Source: a virus
Taxonomy: Duplodnaviria > Caudoviricetes
Strand: one strand, 5' to 3'
Length of the DNA: 47,099 bases
Virus record (IMG/VR): IMGVR_UViG_3300020393_000695
Span: 1 to 47,099 of that record
Shown here: piece after piece, positions 8,623 through 17,188 of the stretch
How positions within the stretch are numbered: position 1 is the stretch's first letter
How the letters are laid out: the number at the start of each line of letters is the position of its first letter
Translations under genes and position numbers: made by a program
Notes under the pieces: model-generated
The model's input: the letters and a program-made list of their open reading frames with translations, nothing else
What the model was told of the DNA's origin: nothing
Database searches by the model: none

Positions 8623-9831
8623 ATGTCAAAGGTTTATAAAAAAAAGGATGTTGATGAAAATGTTTATGATCTAGCCATCAAAAGAATCAATAGAACTTTT
8701 GATATTTTTGATACCGTAGCTGTAATGTTCAGTGGTGGAAAAGATTCCACAGTTTGTTTGAACCTTACTTTGCAAATAGCAAGAGAGAGAAAAAAACTGC
8801 CACTAGATGTTTTCTTTTTTGATGAAGAGGCAATACCGTATGAAACAATTGATTATGTAAAACGTGTTGCAGATTTAAAAGACGTTAGAATGCACTGGTT
8901 ATGTTTACCTGTAAAACATAGAAACGGTTGTAGTTTAAAAGAACCATATTGGTATCCATGGGCCCCAGAAGACAAAGCTAAATGGGTACGACCAATGCCC
9001 TCATATTCATGGGTCAAAACTCAAGATGATTTTAATTTTTTTCCAAAAGAAAAAGATAAAAGACCTTCAGTACCAGAATGTAACGGAATGTTATTTCCAC
9101 CAGAAGACTGGGGTGAAGTTGGAGTTGTAATGGGGATAAGATCAGAAGAAAGTCTGACAAGATACAGAACAATTTTACAAACAGGAAGTGGGCGACGTTA
9201 TGAAGATTACATAATAAATTTAAAATCAAAAACAGCACTAGGAAATGTTTTCAAGGTTTGTCCTATTTACGATATGAGAACTGTAGATGTTTGGACAGCA
9301 CCTCATAAATTTAACTGGGATTACAACACCACTTATGATCTATTAGAAAAACTTGGTTTAACAGCACTACAGGCAAGATGTGCCCCACCCTTTGGAGAAG
9401 AACCAATGCGAGGTCTATGGCAATACTCAATAGCTTTCCCAGATATATGGGACCGAATGCAAAATAGAGTAACTGGTTCTGCAACAGCCGCCCGATATGC
9501 CAATACAGAACTTTATGCTTTCAATGGTTTGCCACAAAAACCAGAAGATATGACATGGTTGGAATTTATTGATTATCACATCATGAAACATAAAGAAGAA
9601 TTTAGACCTATGATAAAAAAAAGTGTTAATGATTTTATCAAACAACATTATAGAAAAACCAAAGAACCTCTTATGAAAACCCATCACTATGAAACTGGGA
9701 TTGGTTATGATTTTTTATTGAGAATAGCAATGCGAGGAGATTTTAAAAGTAGGAAAGCACCTCTATTTTCTGCTGATAAAAAAATAACTGCAGATCAAAA
9801 AGTAAGATACAACAAGGAGAGATATGGCTAA
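8623..9831 (+). CDS. ibrA: PP-loop PAPS-reductase-family protein (IbrA/DUF3440-like)
   Basis: MFSGGKDSTV PP-loop, FFDEE, GIRSEESLTR, PIYDMRTVDVW, R-x-APPFGEE. Followed by a ParB-like gene. Confidence 0.8.
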   Translation: MSKVYKKKDVDENVYDLAIKRINRTFDIFDTVAVMFSGGKDSTVCLNLTLQIARERKKLPLDVFFFDEEAIPYETIDYVKRVADLKDVRMHWLCLPVKHRNGCSLKEPYWYPWAPEDKAKWVRPMPSYSWVKTQDDFNFFPKEKDKRPSVPECNGMLFPPEDWGEVGVVMGIRSEESLTRYRTILQTGSGRRYEDYIINLKSKTALGNVFKVCPIYDMRTVDVWTAPHKFNWDYNTTYDLLEKLGLTALQARCAPPFGEEPMRGLWQYSIAFPDIWDRMQNRVTGSATAARYANTELYAFNGLPQKPEDMTWLEFIDYHIMKHKEEFRPMIKKSVNDFIKQHYRKTKEPLMKTHHYETGIGYDFLLRIAMRGDFKSRKAPLFSADKKITADQKVRYNKERYG

Positions 9832-10360
9832 AAAAACTGATAAACAACCAATAACTAAAGTTGAATGGATTGATAGAGATAGTTTGAAAGCAAATGATTA
9901 CAACCCGAACAGAGTTGCACCAACTGAATTAGAACTTCTCAAAACTTCAATAAAACTATCAGGTTGGACTCAACCAATTGTAATAAGAAAAAATAAAACA
10001 ATAGTAGATGGGTTTCACCGTTGGACTGTTTCTGCAGACCCAGAAATATTTGAACTCACAGACGGCAAAGTGCCTGTTGTTACAGTCGCAGAAAAAATGG
10101 ATAAAGCAGAACAGATTTGTGCAACCATTGTTCACAATAGAGCAAGAGGCAATCACGGAATAATTCCAATGACAGAGATTGTAAGAAGTTTGAAAGAAAA
10201 ACATAAATATACCAATGAACAAATGATTGAATTACTTGGTATGGAACAAGAAGAGATAGATAGACTTTATGACTACCGACCAATGACAGAAAAAGGAAGT
10301 CAGGAAGAATTTTCAAAAGGTTGGGTCCCAGATACAAAAGAAAGAGCATTTGATGAATAA
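9824..10360 (+). CDS. ibrB: ParB-like protein (IbrB-like)
   Basis: ANDYNPNRVAPTELELL...GWTQPIV...IVDGFHRW...TIVHNRARGNH. Confidence 0.85.
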   Translation: MAKKTDKQPITKVEWIDRDSLKANDYNPNRVAPTELELLKTSIKLSGWTQPIVIRKNKTIVDGFHRWTVSADPEIFELTDGKVPVVTVAEKMDKAEQICATIVHNRARGNHGIIPMTEIVRSLKEKHKYTNEQMIELLGMEQEEIDRLYDYRPMTEKGSQEEFSKGWVPDTKERAFDE

Positions 10361-10676
10361 CTTTGAAAATAAATACAGACCTTTACCAGAAGAGGTTTGT
10401 TTACAAAAAAGTTCAATAGAGGGTTGTGGTATTCATGCAAAAAAAACCATACCTAAAAACGTAAGAATAGGAATGACACACGTATCAATTGTTTCTGAAC
10501 CTGATTGGATAAGAACACCTCTAGGTGGTTGGTTGAATCATAGTGAAAAACCAAACTGTCATATTGAATATAACTTTTTAAAAACTAAAAGATTTTTAGT
10601 CACAAGCAAGAGAATATCTAAAGGCAAAGAACTCACCGTTAGATATTCCCTCAAACATTATGTTTATGATGGTTAG
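10353..10676 (+). CDS. Minimal SET-domain protein (putative lysine methyltransferase)
   Basis: GCGIHAKKTI, WLNHSEKPNC and ISKGKELTVRY match SET motifs GxG, NHSxxPN and ELTxxY. The ATG follows the TTG start called at 10350. Confidence 0.85.
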   Translation: MNNFENKYRPLPEEVCLQKSSIEGCGIHAKKTIPKNVRIGMTHVSIVSEPDWIRTPLGGWLNHSEKPNCHIEYNFLKTKRFLVTSKRISKGKELTVRYSLKHYVYDG

Positions 10677-11152
10677 CTCCATTGCTTTGAAGTCCACTTG
10701 ATAAACTTAGAAGCATTTTCCCAAGAGTGTTCCAAAGCTTCCTTGAGTGGTTTCAAGTGCATACCGTTTTGTTCATAACCTTCTTTGATACAATCAAAGT
10801 AAGGTAATGCAGGTTCTTGATAACCTTTACGGTTCATAGCATAGAACATAACTTCTGCTGTATCCCCAAAGTCCTTTTTCATTTGTCCCTGCAACTTGAT
10901 ATAGAAATATTCTTTACGATACAAATGTGGAAACCCCTCAAAGATATCCAATGCTTTTTCACAATCGTCAGTTATTTCCCAAAGTAACCCAGAAACACTT
11001 TGACCCTTTGCAGGTTCAATGTCAGCAACGTTACGAAACACCAGTCGCCATTCTGGTAAATTCATGGTGCAAACAGGTTGAGCTTTTGGACATCTGTATT
11101 CCATGTTCTCAATATTCAAATTTGCTCCATAGGCAAAGTACAATCTTTTCAT
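10673..11152 (-). CDS. Gamma-glutamylcyclotransferase-family protein
   Basis: LYFAYGANL...RCP...ADIEP...ALDIFEGFPHLY. Confidence 0.9.
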   Translation of the reverse strand: MKRLYFAYGANLNIENMEYRCPKAQPVCTMNLPEWRLVFRNVADIEPAKGQSVSGLLWEITDDCEKALDIFEGFPHLYRKEYFYIKLQGQMKKDFGDTAEVMFYAMNRKGYQEPALPYFDCIKEGYEQNGMHLKPLKEALEHSWENASKFIKWTSKQWS

Positions 11153-11403
11153 TTCTTTTTACCTCCAATTTTTCTGATAAGTTTGTAGTGTTCCAAATCA
11201 ATGATGAAGTTGGTTGCAGAATCTGATCTCACCAAATATCCATATTGAACTTTGATACGTCTTGCAGTTTCTTTCATCCAAGTTTCAAACTCCACTTCGT
11301 CACTCAGAGAAACCTCATACATAGAATAGGCAATCTGTTTTCTAGATTGTGCAATCAATGTAACTCCACCTTGTATCTGATATTTCATTTCTCTTTTCAT
11401 CAT
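11149..11403 (-). CDS. Hypothetical protein in the amidoligase cassette
   Basis: 4-nt overlaps with both neighbours and a GGAG SD. Confidence 0.75.
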   Translation of the reverse strand: MMKREMKYQIQGGVTLIAQSRKQIAYSMYEVSLSDEVEFETWMKETARRIKVQYGYLVRSDSATNFIIDLEHYKLIRKIGGKKK

Positions 11404-12302
11404 GATTCCCTCCTGTTGATCTCTCTCAGAGATTTGATTCTGTCCTTATAGAAAGTTTTGAAAACAGCAAGGTCTTCGTGAACTTTACATAAACCGTTGA
11501 ACATCATCATAAATTTAGAATTCATTTGGTTAAGATTATCAACTCCACTTCTGATACCTCTTTGGACATCTGCTGCTCTAACCATTGCACCAGTCAAGAA
11601 CACCCAAGCAATAACTTTCGTTACATCAAAAGTTCCACTGTGGTGTCTGAACTCAATAGTTCCGTGATTCCAAAAACTTTCAATGTTCAACTTCATGTAT
11701 CTAGTATTGAAAAGATTTCTGATTTGACTAGCAGTACGTGATTGATCAATTCTTTTGAAAATAACTTCTGGGTTACCTTCATCACCATGTTCTACATAGT
11801 TGTTCAATCTTGTAAGAAGAGAAGCACAATATTCATTGTTATTTCTTCTTCTACTTGGAGCCATAATTGAATCAATGGCAGTTTCAAACTTAAGATATCT
11901 TTTGTAAAGATTTCTGAAATGTTTGATTTTCCAATCCGATACACCCCAGTGAACGTGTAATCCACAAGAACGGTTTATTCTGAAAACTGGTGCTTCTCCC
12001 AACCTTGATGCGTTTTGGTTGATATCTTGTATGGTCAAGAGAAGCTTGTGTAATTGATTGAAACCAGTTTGTCCTTCTAATATAGGAGTAACAATTTCAT
12101 AACCGTCATACTCCCCAGTACCTCTCAAACTAGAATCACTTTTGATTCTCCAAGAGTTAGAACGATCACTCCAAGAAGCACTTCTGAAATGCATATCTTG
12201 ATCTGCAAGTTTATCATTCAACATACTGATCAGTGTTTCACCACTGTATCTAGCAAGAAGTTCTATCTCAACTCCAAAAGTTCTTTCAAATTCAAATCTC
12301 AT
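11400..12302 (-). CDS. Putative amidoligase (COOH-NH2 ligase, Amidoligase_2-like)
   Basis: TFGVEIE, WRIKSDSSL, EIVTPIL, SCGLHVH, RYMKLN and GTIEFRHHSGT motifs. Confidence 0.9.
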   Translation of the reverse strand: MRFEFERTFGVEIELLARYSGETLISMLNDKLADQDMHFRSASWSDRSNSWRIKSDSSLRGTGEYDGYEIVTPILEGQTGFNQLHKLLLTIQDINQNASRLGEAPVFRINRSCGLHVHWGVSDWKIKHFRNLYKRYLKFETAIDSIMAPSRRRNNNEYCASLLTRLNNYVEHGDEGNPEVIFKRIDQSRTASQIRNLFNTRYMKLNIESFWNHGTIEFRHHSGTFDVTKVIAWVFLTGAMVRAADVQRGIRSGVDNLNQMNSKFMMMFNGLCKVHEDLAVFKTFYKDRIKSLREINRRES

Positions 12303-12334
12303 ATATCAACCTCGTTTTTTTTATCAACACTATG

Positions 12335-12366
12335 ATTATACACAATTAGGTTATTATTGCAACCCC
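12335..12366 (-). promoter_or_regulatory. Sigma70-type promoter with a third operator copy, driving the amidoligase cassette
   Basis: Minus strand reads GGGG-TTGCAA-16 nt-TATAAT, with TGTG before the -10. Imperfect palindrome GGTTATTATTGCAACC at 12349-12364. Confidence 0.75.
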
Positions 12367-12446
12367 TATTAACACATTTTGTATTTATTTTTTTTTTACA
12401 ACAACGTATGATGTTGAGATTAAGTGAGATTTATTGATTAAAAAAA

Positions 12447-13013
12447 GTGGCTAAACGAAACAAACTTACAAAAGAATTAGCAGAAAAAATAAGGATTCAA
12501 TTTGTTCAGGGGATAGATGAAGGTACTTCAGAACGTAGATATCAAACCCTTGATGCTTTAGCTACAGAAAATAATATAGCCAGAGCAACTCTTTACAGAT
12601 GGTCAAAAAAAGAAAATTGGAAATCTCAACAAGAAAGATTCCATGAAGAGTTTTTGCAAAAGGTAGATGCAGAAAGAACAAAACAATTGATTGCTGATTC
12701 AAAAAAATTTGATAGCAATGCTTTGAGTTTGGCAAAGATTCTTCTCAATGAAGTAGGAATGACTTTGCAAATGAATCAACAATATAGACAGAATGGTGAT
12801 ACAAAAAGAATTCTTTCACCTGTACAACTTTCACAATTATCCAATTCGGCATTGACGGCCCAAAAACTTGGAAAATTAGCTTTAGGAGAAAGTACAGAAA
12901 ACATGAAATTAAATGCCGAAATCTCAGACACAGACGCCTTCAGAGGAGCTATGGAATTGCTTGACGAGGTTGCAGAGCAACGCAGAAAAGCAGACGATTC
13001 AGCTGTACACTGA
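12447..13013 (+). CDS. terS: Terminase small subunit (putative)
   Basis: N-terminal HTH (TLDALATENNIARATLYRW). Lies directly upstream of and overlaps the large terminase. Confidence 0.75.
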   Translation: MAKRNKLTKELAEKIRIQFVQGIDEGTSERRYQTLDALATENNIARATLYRWSKKENWKSQQERFHEEFLQKVDAERTKQLIADSKKFDSNALSLAKILLNEVGMTLQMNQQYRQNGDTKRILSPVQLSQLSNSALTAQKLGKLALGESTENMKLNAEISDTDAFRGAMELLDEVAEQRRKADDSAVH

Positions 13014-14220
13014 TTGGTTAAAAAAAGCTAGACCAAAACAGCTTTCACCAAAAGCCGAACATTTCATATGGTTGATTCTTGCAGGTCGTGGGTGGGGCAA
13101 AACTAGAACAGGGGCTCAAGACATTGCCCTGTTTGCCCTTAGAAATCCCAACTCAATTTGTGCCGTCGTTGCCCCTACATTTGGAGATTTAAGAAGAGTT
13201 TGTTTTGGTGGACCTAGTGGTTTACTCACAATCATTCCAGAAGATTGTTATAAAACTAATTACGGTACTAATGGATATGCTTCAAGTTTATCTGAAATAA
13301 GATTGCATAACGGTTCAAAGATAGTTGGATATGCAGCAGTAAATCCAGAAAGATTGCGTGGTCCACAATTTCACCGTGCTTGGTGCGATGAAGTTGCAAG
13401 TTGGCAATACCCAGAAGCTTTTGACCAACTTATGTTTGGTTTACGTTTGGGAGATAATCCACAAGCTGTAATCACCACAACACCAAAACCCATACCACTT
13501 ATAAAACAATTAGTTGCAAGAGATGATGTATTTGTAACGAGAGGTTCAACGTTTGAGAATGAAAAGAACTTGGCTGAGTCGGCCCTTGAAATGATGCGTG
13601 AAAGATATGAAGGAACAACTTTAGGAAGACAAGAATTGTACGCAGAAATAGTTGATGATGTTGAAGGTGCATTATGGAATCCAAAATTGATAGACGAAGC
13701 ACGTTTACCAAGAGAACAGGAAAAAGAATTACAAAGTATTATTGTTGCAATTGATCCTGCTGTTACCAGTAATGTGAATTCAGATGAAACAGGAATAATA
13801 GTTGTTGGAAAAGATATCAACAATCAATATTATGTTTTAGAAGATGCTTCAGGCAGAATGACACCAGATCAGTGGGCAAGAAAATCAATCAATCTTTTTT
13901 ATGATTGGGATGCAGACAAGATTGTTGCAGAAACAAATAATGGTGGTGATTTAGTAGAAAGACTTTTACGTAATTTTGATGTTAATATACCTTATAGAAG
14001 TGTACAAGCTACCAGAGGTAAACTTGTTAGAGCCGAACCAATAGCTTCCTTGTACGAACAAAAAAGAGTACATCATATGGGGGTATTCCCTGAACTGGAA
14101 TCTCAAATGTGTACTTACACAGGACAACTTAGACCAAGTCCTGATAGACTAGATGCGTTAGTTTGGGGTTTGACCGAACTAAATAAATCTAAAGGTAGAG
14201 TTGACTGGAGGATAAGTTAG
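12913..14220 (+). CDS. terL: Terminase large subunit (GTA/Terminase_6-like)
   Basis: Walker A LAGRGWGKT, LRGPQFHRAWCDE Walker B, nuclease motifs VAIDPA and SPDRLDALVW. Confidence 0.97.
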   Translation: MPKSQTQTPSEELWNCLTRLQSNAEKQTIQLYTDWLKKARPKQLSPKAEHFIWLILAGRGWGKTRTGAQDIALFALRNPNSICAVVAPTFGDLRRVCFGGPSGLLTIIPEDCYKTNYGTNGYASSLSEIRLHNGSKIVGYAAVNPERLRGPQFHRAWCDEVASWQYPEAFDQLMFGLRLGDNPQAVITTTPKPIPLIKQLVARDDVFVTRGSTFENEKNLAESALEMMRERYEGTTLGRQELYAEIVDDVEGALWNPKLIDEARLPREQEKELQSIIVAIDPAVTSNVNSDETGIIVVGKDINNQYYVLEDASGRMTPDQWARKSINLFYDWDADKIVAETNNGGDLVERLLRNFDVNIPYRSVQATRGKLVRAEPIASLYEQKRVHHMGVFPELESQMCTYTGQLRPSPDRLDALVWGLTELNKSKGRVDWRIS

Positions 14221-16365
14221 ATGGCTTTGATAGACGATATAAGAAATGTTTTTTCTAGAAAGGAGAAAACAGAAACAAAACAAAACCACAATATGGTGGG
14301 ATATTTTGGAGTTGGCACAGGAAGTGCAAAAAACTACAAATATCAAGATTTAGCTAAAGAAGGTTATCTCAAGAATGCTATTGTTTACCGTTGTGTAAAC
14401 GAAATCAGCAAAGGAGCAGGTAGTGTTGGCTACATGATAAAAAGTGGTGAAAATATGATTGATAATCACCCAATTATTGATTTGATAGATAGACCCAACC
14501 CTCTTCAATCTAACACAGAATTTTTTAATAGTTTGTTTGGATTCTTACTACTAAGTGGTAATGCTTATATTTTAAAAGTTGGAAGTGATATGGGACCACC
14601 TAGAGAATTACATCTTTTAAGACCTGACCGTATAAAAATTAAAGGTGGAGGAAAACCAATACCTGATAGATATGAATATACTATAAATGGCAAAGTTCAA
14701 AATGTGTTTGATATTGACCCTGACACTGGGAACTCCGAGTTGAAACATATAAGACTTTGGAATCCACTGGATGATTATTATGGATTATCACCACTACAAG
14801 CAGCGGCTGAAGAAGTTGATCAACATAATCTTAGTTCACAACACAACATTAACTTACTGAACAATGGTGCAAGACCATCAGGTGCAGTTATATTCAAACC
14901 AAAAGATGATCAAGGTTTCACAGTAAATTTGACAGAATCACAAAGACAACAACTGCTTACTGATTTGAATAACAGATTTGTAGGTTCTGAAAATGCAGGA
15001 AGACCAATGTTGCTTGAAGGAGATTTTGATTGGAAGGAAATGGGTTTGAGTCCCAAAGATATGGATTTCATAAATCTCAAACATATGTCTGCAACAGATA
15101 TTGCTTTGTGTTTTGGTGTACCAAGTCAATTAGTTGGTGTGCCTGACAGTCAAACTTACAATAATGTTGCAGAGGCAAGACTAGCCCTATATGAAGAAAC
15201 CATCATTCCACATCTTAAATTAATTCAATCAGATTTGAATGAATGGTTAGTTCCAATGTTTTCAGAAGATTTAGAATTTTGTTATGACTTTGATGGGATA
15301 CCTGCACTTGCAGAAAAGAAAAGACAAACTTATGAGAACGTAACAAATGCAGTGAATTCAGGAATCATGACGAGGAATGAAGCAAGAGAAATTATTGGTT
15401 TCAGTCCAGTTGAAGGTGGAGATGAAATTTACATAAATGCGGCACTCATGCCAATTGGTTCACCTATGGTAGAAGAACCAGAAAATCCAATTGAAGAAGA
15501 AGATGAAAAAGAATATGAAGAATTCAATCAAGAAGAATGGTTGGAAGAAGAGATAGATATTGATGATACAAAACAAGAAATAACAAACTTTCCAAATAAA
15601 GGAGATGATAAAAAAATATCTTTGAGAAATTCAGAGTATCCACAGTTTGATTATGATTTCGCAAAAAATGTAAAGGAAGTAGGAGTTGGAAAACAAATCT
15701 GGAAAGCAGGTGGAAACATCAGAGGTAATGAAGCTTTTATGTTATGGGGAAGAGCCAGAGAAGGTTCTGAATCTCCTGCAGTTTTAAAATGGATAAAAGA
15801 AAGGGAAGCTTGGGCTGCAAGACACAGTGTAGTTGACGGTAATCAATTTGTAGGTGGCAAAGAACCAAATATGTCCAATGTTGCAGGAATTGTTGCGTTG
15901 ATGAAATGGGGGGTAGTAAATCCAAAACTTGGAAAACAGGGAATGAAAGATGTAATCCTAGAACTCACCAAAAAGTTAGAAGGTCGTAAAGAACCAAAAG
16001 AGCTTGAATTAGATGATATAGAACCTTTAGATACTGACTTACATATTGAGATAGTAGAAGATTTAAAACAAGTTTCAGCAAAAGTAAAAGAAGGATTGAA
16101 AAACAAAGTTGATAAACACAATGAAAAATATGGAGATAATCCAAAGAAAAGAGCAACTTTAAGAATGTTGGAAGCTGTGTTTCGTAGGGGAGTGGGGGCC
16201 TATAATACGAATCCCGGCAGTGTAAGACCGAGAGTTTCAGGTCCAGACCAGTGGGCATATGCGAGGGTAAATTCTTTTTTGGCAGCATTAAGAACAGGAA
16301 GATTTCAAGGTGGAAAACATGACCAAGACCTATTCCCAAAAGGACACCCCCTCTCTTCAAAATAA
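14221..16365 (+). CDS. HK97-family portal protein with a long C-terminal extension
   Basis: YGLSPLQAA, NGARPSG, IALCFGVPSQLVG and MTRNEARE motifs, then an acidic linker and about 260 extra aa. Confidence 0.95.
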   Translation: MALIDDIRNVFSRKEKTETKQNHNMVGYFGVGTGSAKNYKYQDLAKEGYLKNAIVYRCVNEISKGAGSVGYMIKSGENMIDNHPIIDLIDRPNPLQSNTEFFNSLFGFLLLSGNAYILKVGSDMGPPRELHLLRPDRIKIKGGGKPIPDRYEYTINGKVQNVFDIDPDTGNSELKHIRLWNPLDDYYGLSPLQAAAEEVDQHNLSSQHNINLLNNGARPSGAVIFKPKDDQGFTVNLTESQRQQLLTDLNNRFVGSENAGRPMLLEGDFDWKEMGLSPKDMDFINLKHMSATDIALCFGVPSQLVGVPDSQTYNNVAEARLALYEETIIPHLKLIQSDLNEWLVPMFSEDLEFCYDFDGIPALAEKKRQTYENVTNAVNSGIMTRNEAREIIGFSPVEGGDEIYINAALMPIGSPMVEEPENPIEEEDEKEYEEFNQEEWLEEEIDIDDTKQEITNFPNKGDDKKISLRNSEYPQFDYDFAKNVKEVGVGKQIWKAGGNIRGNEAFMLWGRAREGSESPAVLKWIKEREAWAARHSVVDGNQFVGGKEPNMSNVAGIVALMKWGVVNPKLGKQGMKDVILELTKKLEGRKEPKELELDDIEPLDTDLHIEIVEDLKQVSAKVKEGLKNKVDKHNEKYGDNPKKRATLRMLEAVFRRGVGAYNTNPGSVRPRVSGPDQWAYARVNSFLAALRTGRFQGGKHDQDLFPKGHPLSSK

Positions 16366-17164
16366 AGAACTTTATACTTTCCGAAGAGGTAGAGTATCAG
16401 TTGCTCAAGAAATAAGAAGACAAACTAATTTTAGAAAAAGGTACGAATCTTTTATTTTCAAAAGATTAAACACGGTGTTTAGAAGATTCTTGAACACAAC
16501 CTTATTTCTCTACACTGAAACAGGAGTTTTTCAACCAGAGGTGGCAAGTAATAGACTTCTTGAAGAACTAGAACCAGTCTTAATATCATTTTACAGAAGA
16601 GTACACTTAGCAATGTTTCAATCAAATGAAGCATATTATGAAAGATTTAGAAAAGAAGAAGCATTTGTTTTTGGAAGAAACATGGATATAGAAAATCTGG
16701 TAGAAGAATATTTTCGCACAAAAACTTTAATTCTTTCGGGAATCGCAACAAGACAAGCAAATCTTATTCAAAAAGAAATACAAAAACTAAGAGCAGAAGA
16801 TTTGACCATTCCACAAATAGCAAGAGGTATTCAACAGAAGTTCACAAATATATTTAGAAATAGAGCAAGATTAATTGCAAGAACAGAAACTCATAATGTT
16901 TCGTCTTTTGCAAATCATAAATATCACACAACAGTAGCAGATAATCTTGGAATCAATATGCAGAAAAGATGGTGTGCTGTGAACGATTCAAGAACACGTT
17001 CTTTCCATGCTGAAGCAAATGGTCAAACAGTAAATATGGATGGAGATTTTATAGTAAATGGTGTACCAATGTCTTTTGCAGGTGATCCAAAAGGTGGTGC
17101 AAAAAACGTAATCAACTGTCGTTGCGTGATTCTCTATGTTGATGAAAATGATATTGTCACGTAA
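16310..17164 (+). CDS. Head morphogenesis protein (SPP1 gp7/Mu gpF-like)
   Basis: RARLIARTETH, KRWCAVNDSRTRSFH and INCRC. Start codon uncertain. Confidence 0.9.
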   Translation: MENMTKTYSQKDTPSLQNKELYTFRRGRVSVAQEIRRQTNFRKRYESFIFKRLNTVFRRFLNTTLFLYTETGVFQPEVASNRLLEELEPVLISFYRRVHLAMFQSNEAYYERFRKEEAFVFGRNMDIENLVEEYFRTKTLILSGIATRQANLIQKEIQKLRAEDLTIPQIARGIQQKFTNIFRNRARLIARTETHNVSSFANHKYHTTVADNLGINMQKRWCAVNDSRTRSFHAEANGQTVNMDGDFIVNGVPMSFAGDPKGGAKNVINCRCVILYVDENDIVT

Positions 17165-17188
17165 GATGTAATAATTATATAATTGGAA

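Noticed and set aside
8623-9831. cysH sulfur-assimilation auxiliary metabolic gene
   Set aside because: The length, missing C-terminal ECGLH motif and ParB partner indicate the IbrA/DUF3440 type.
7356-10360. Plasmid-prophage partition system
   Set aside because: There is no ParA ATPase or parS array. The ParB domains are of the Srx/nuclease-like type linked to modification enzymes.
16310-16365. Programmed frameshift fusing the portal to the head morphogenesis protein
   Set aside because: The frames overlap by 56 nt, but there is no clear slippery site and GTG/ATG starts exist in the overlap.
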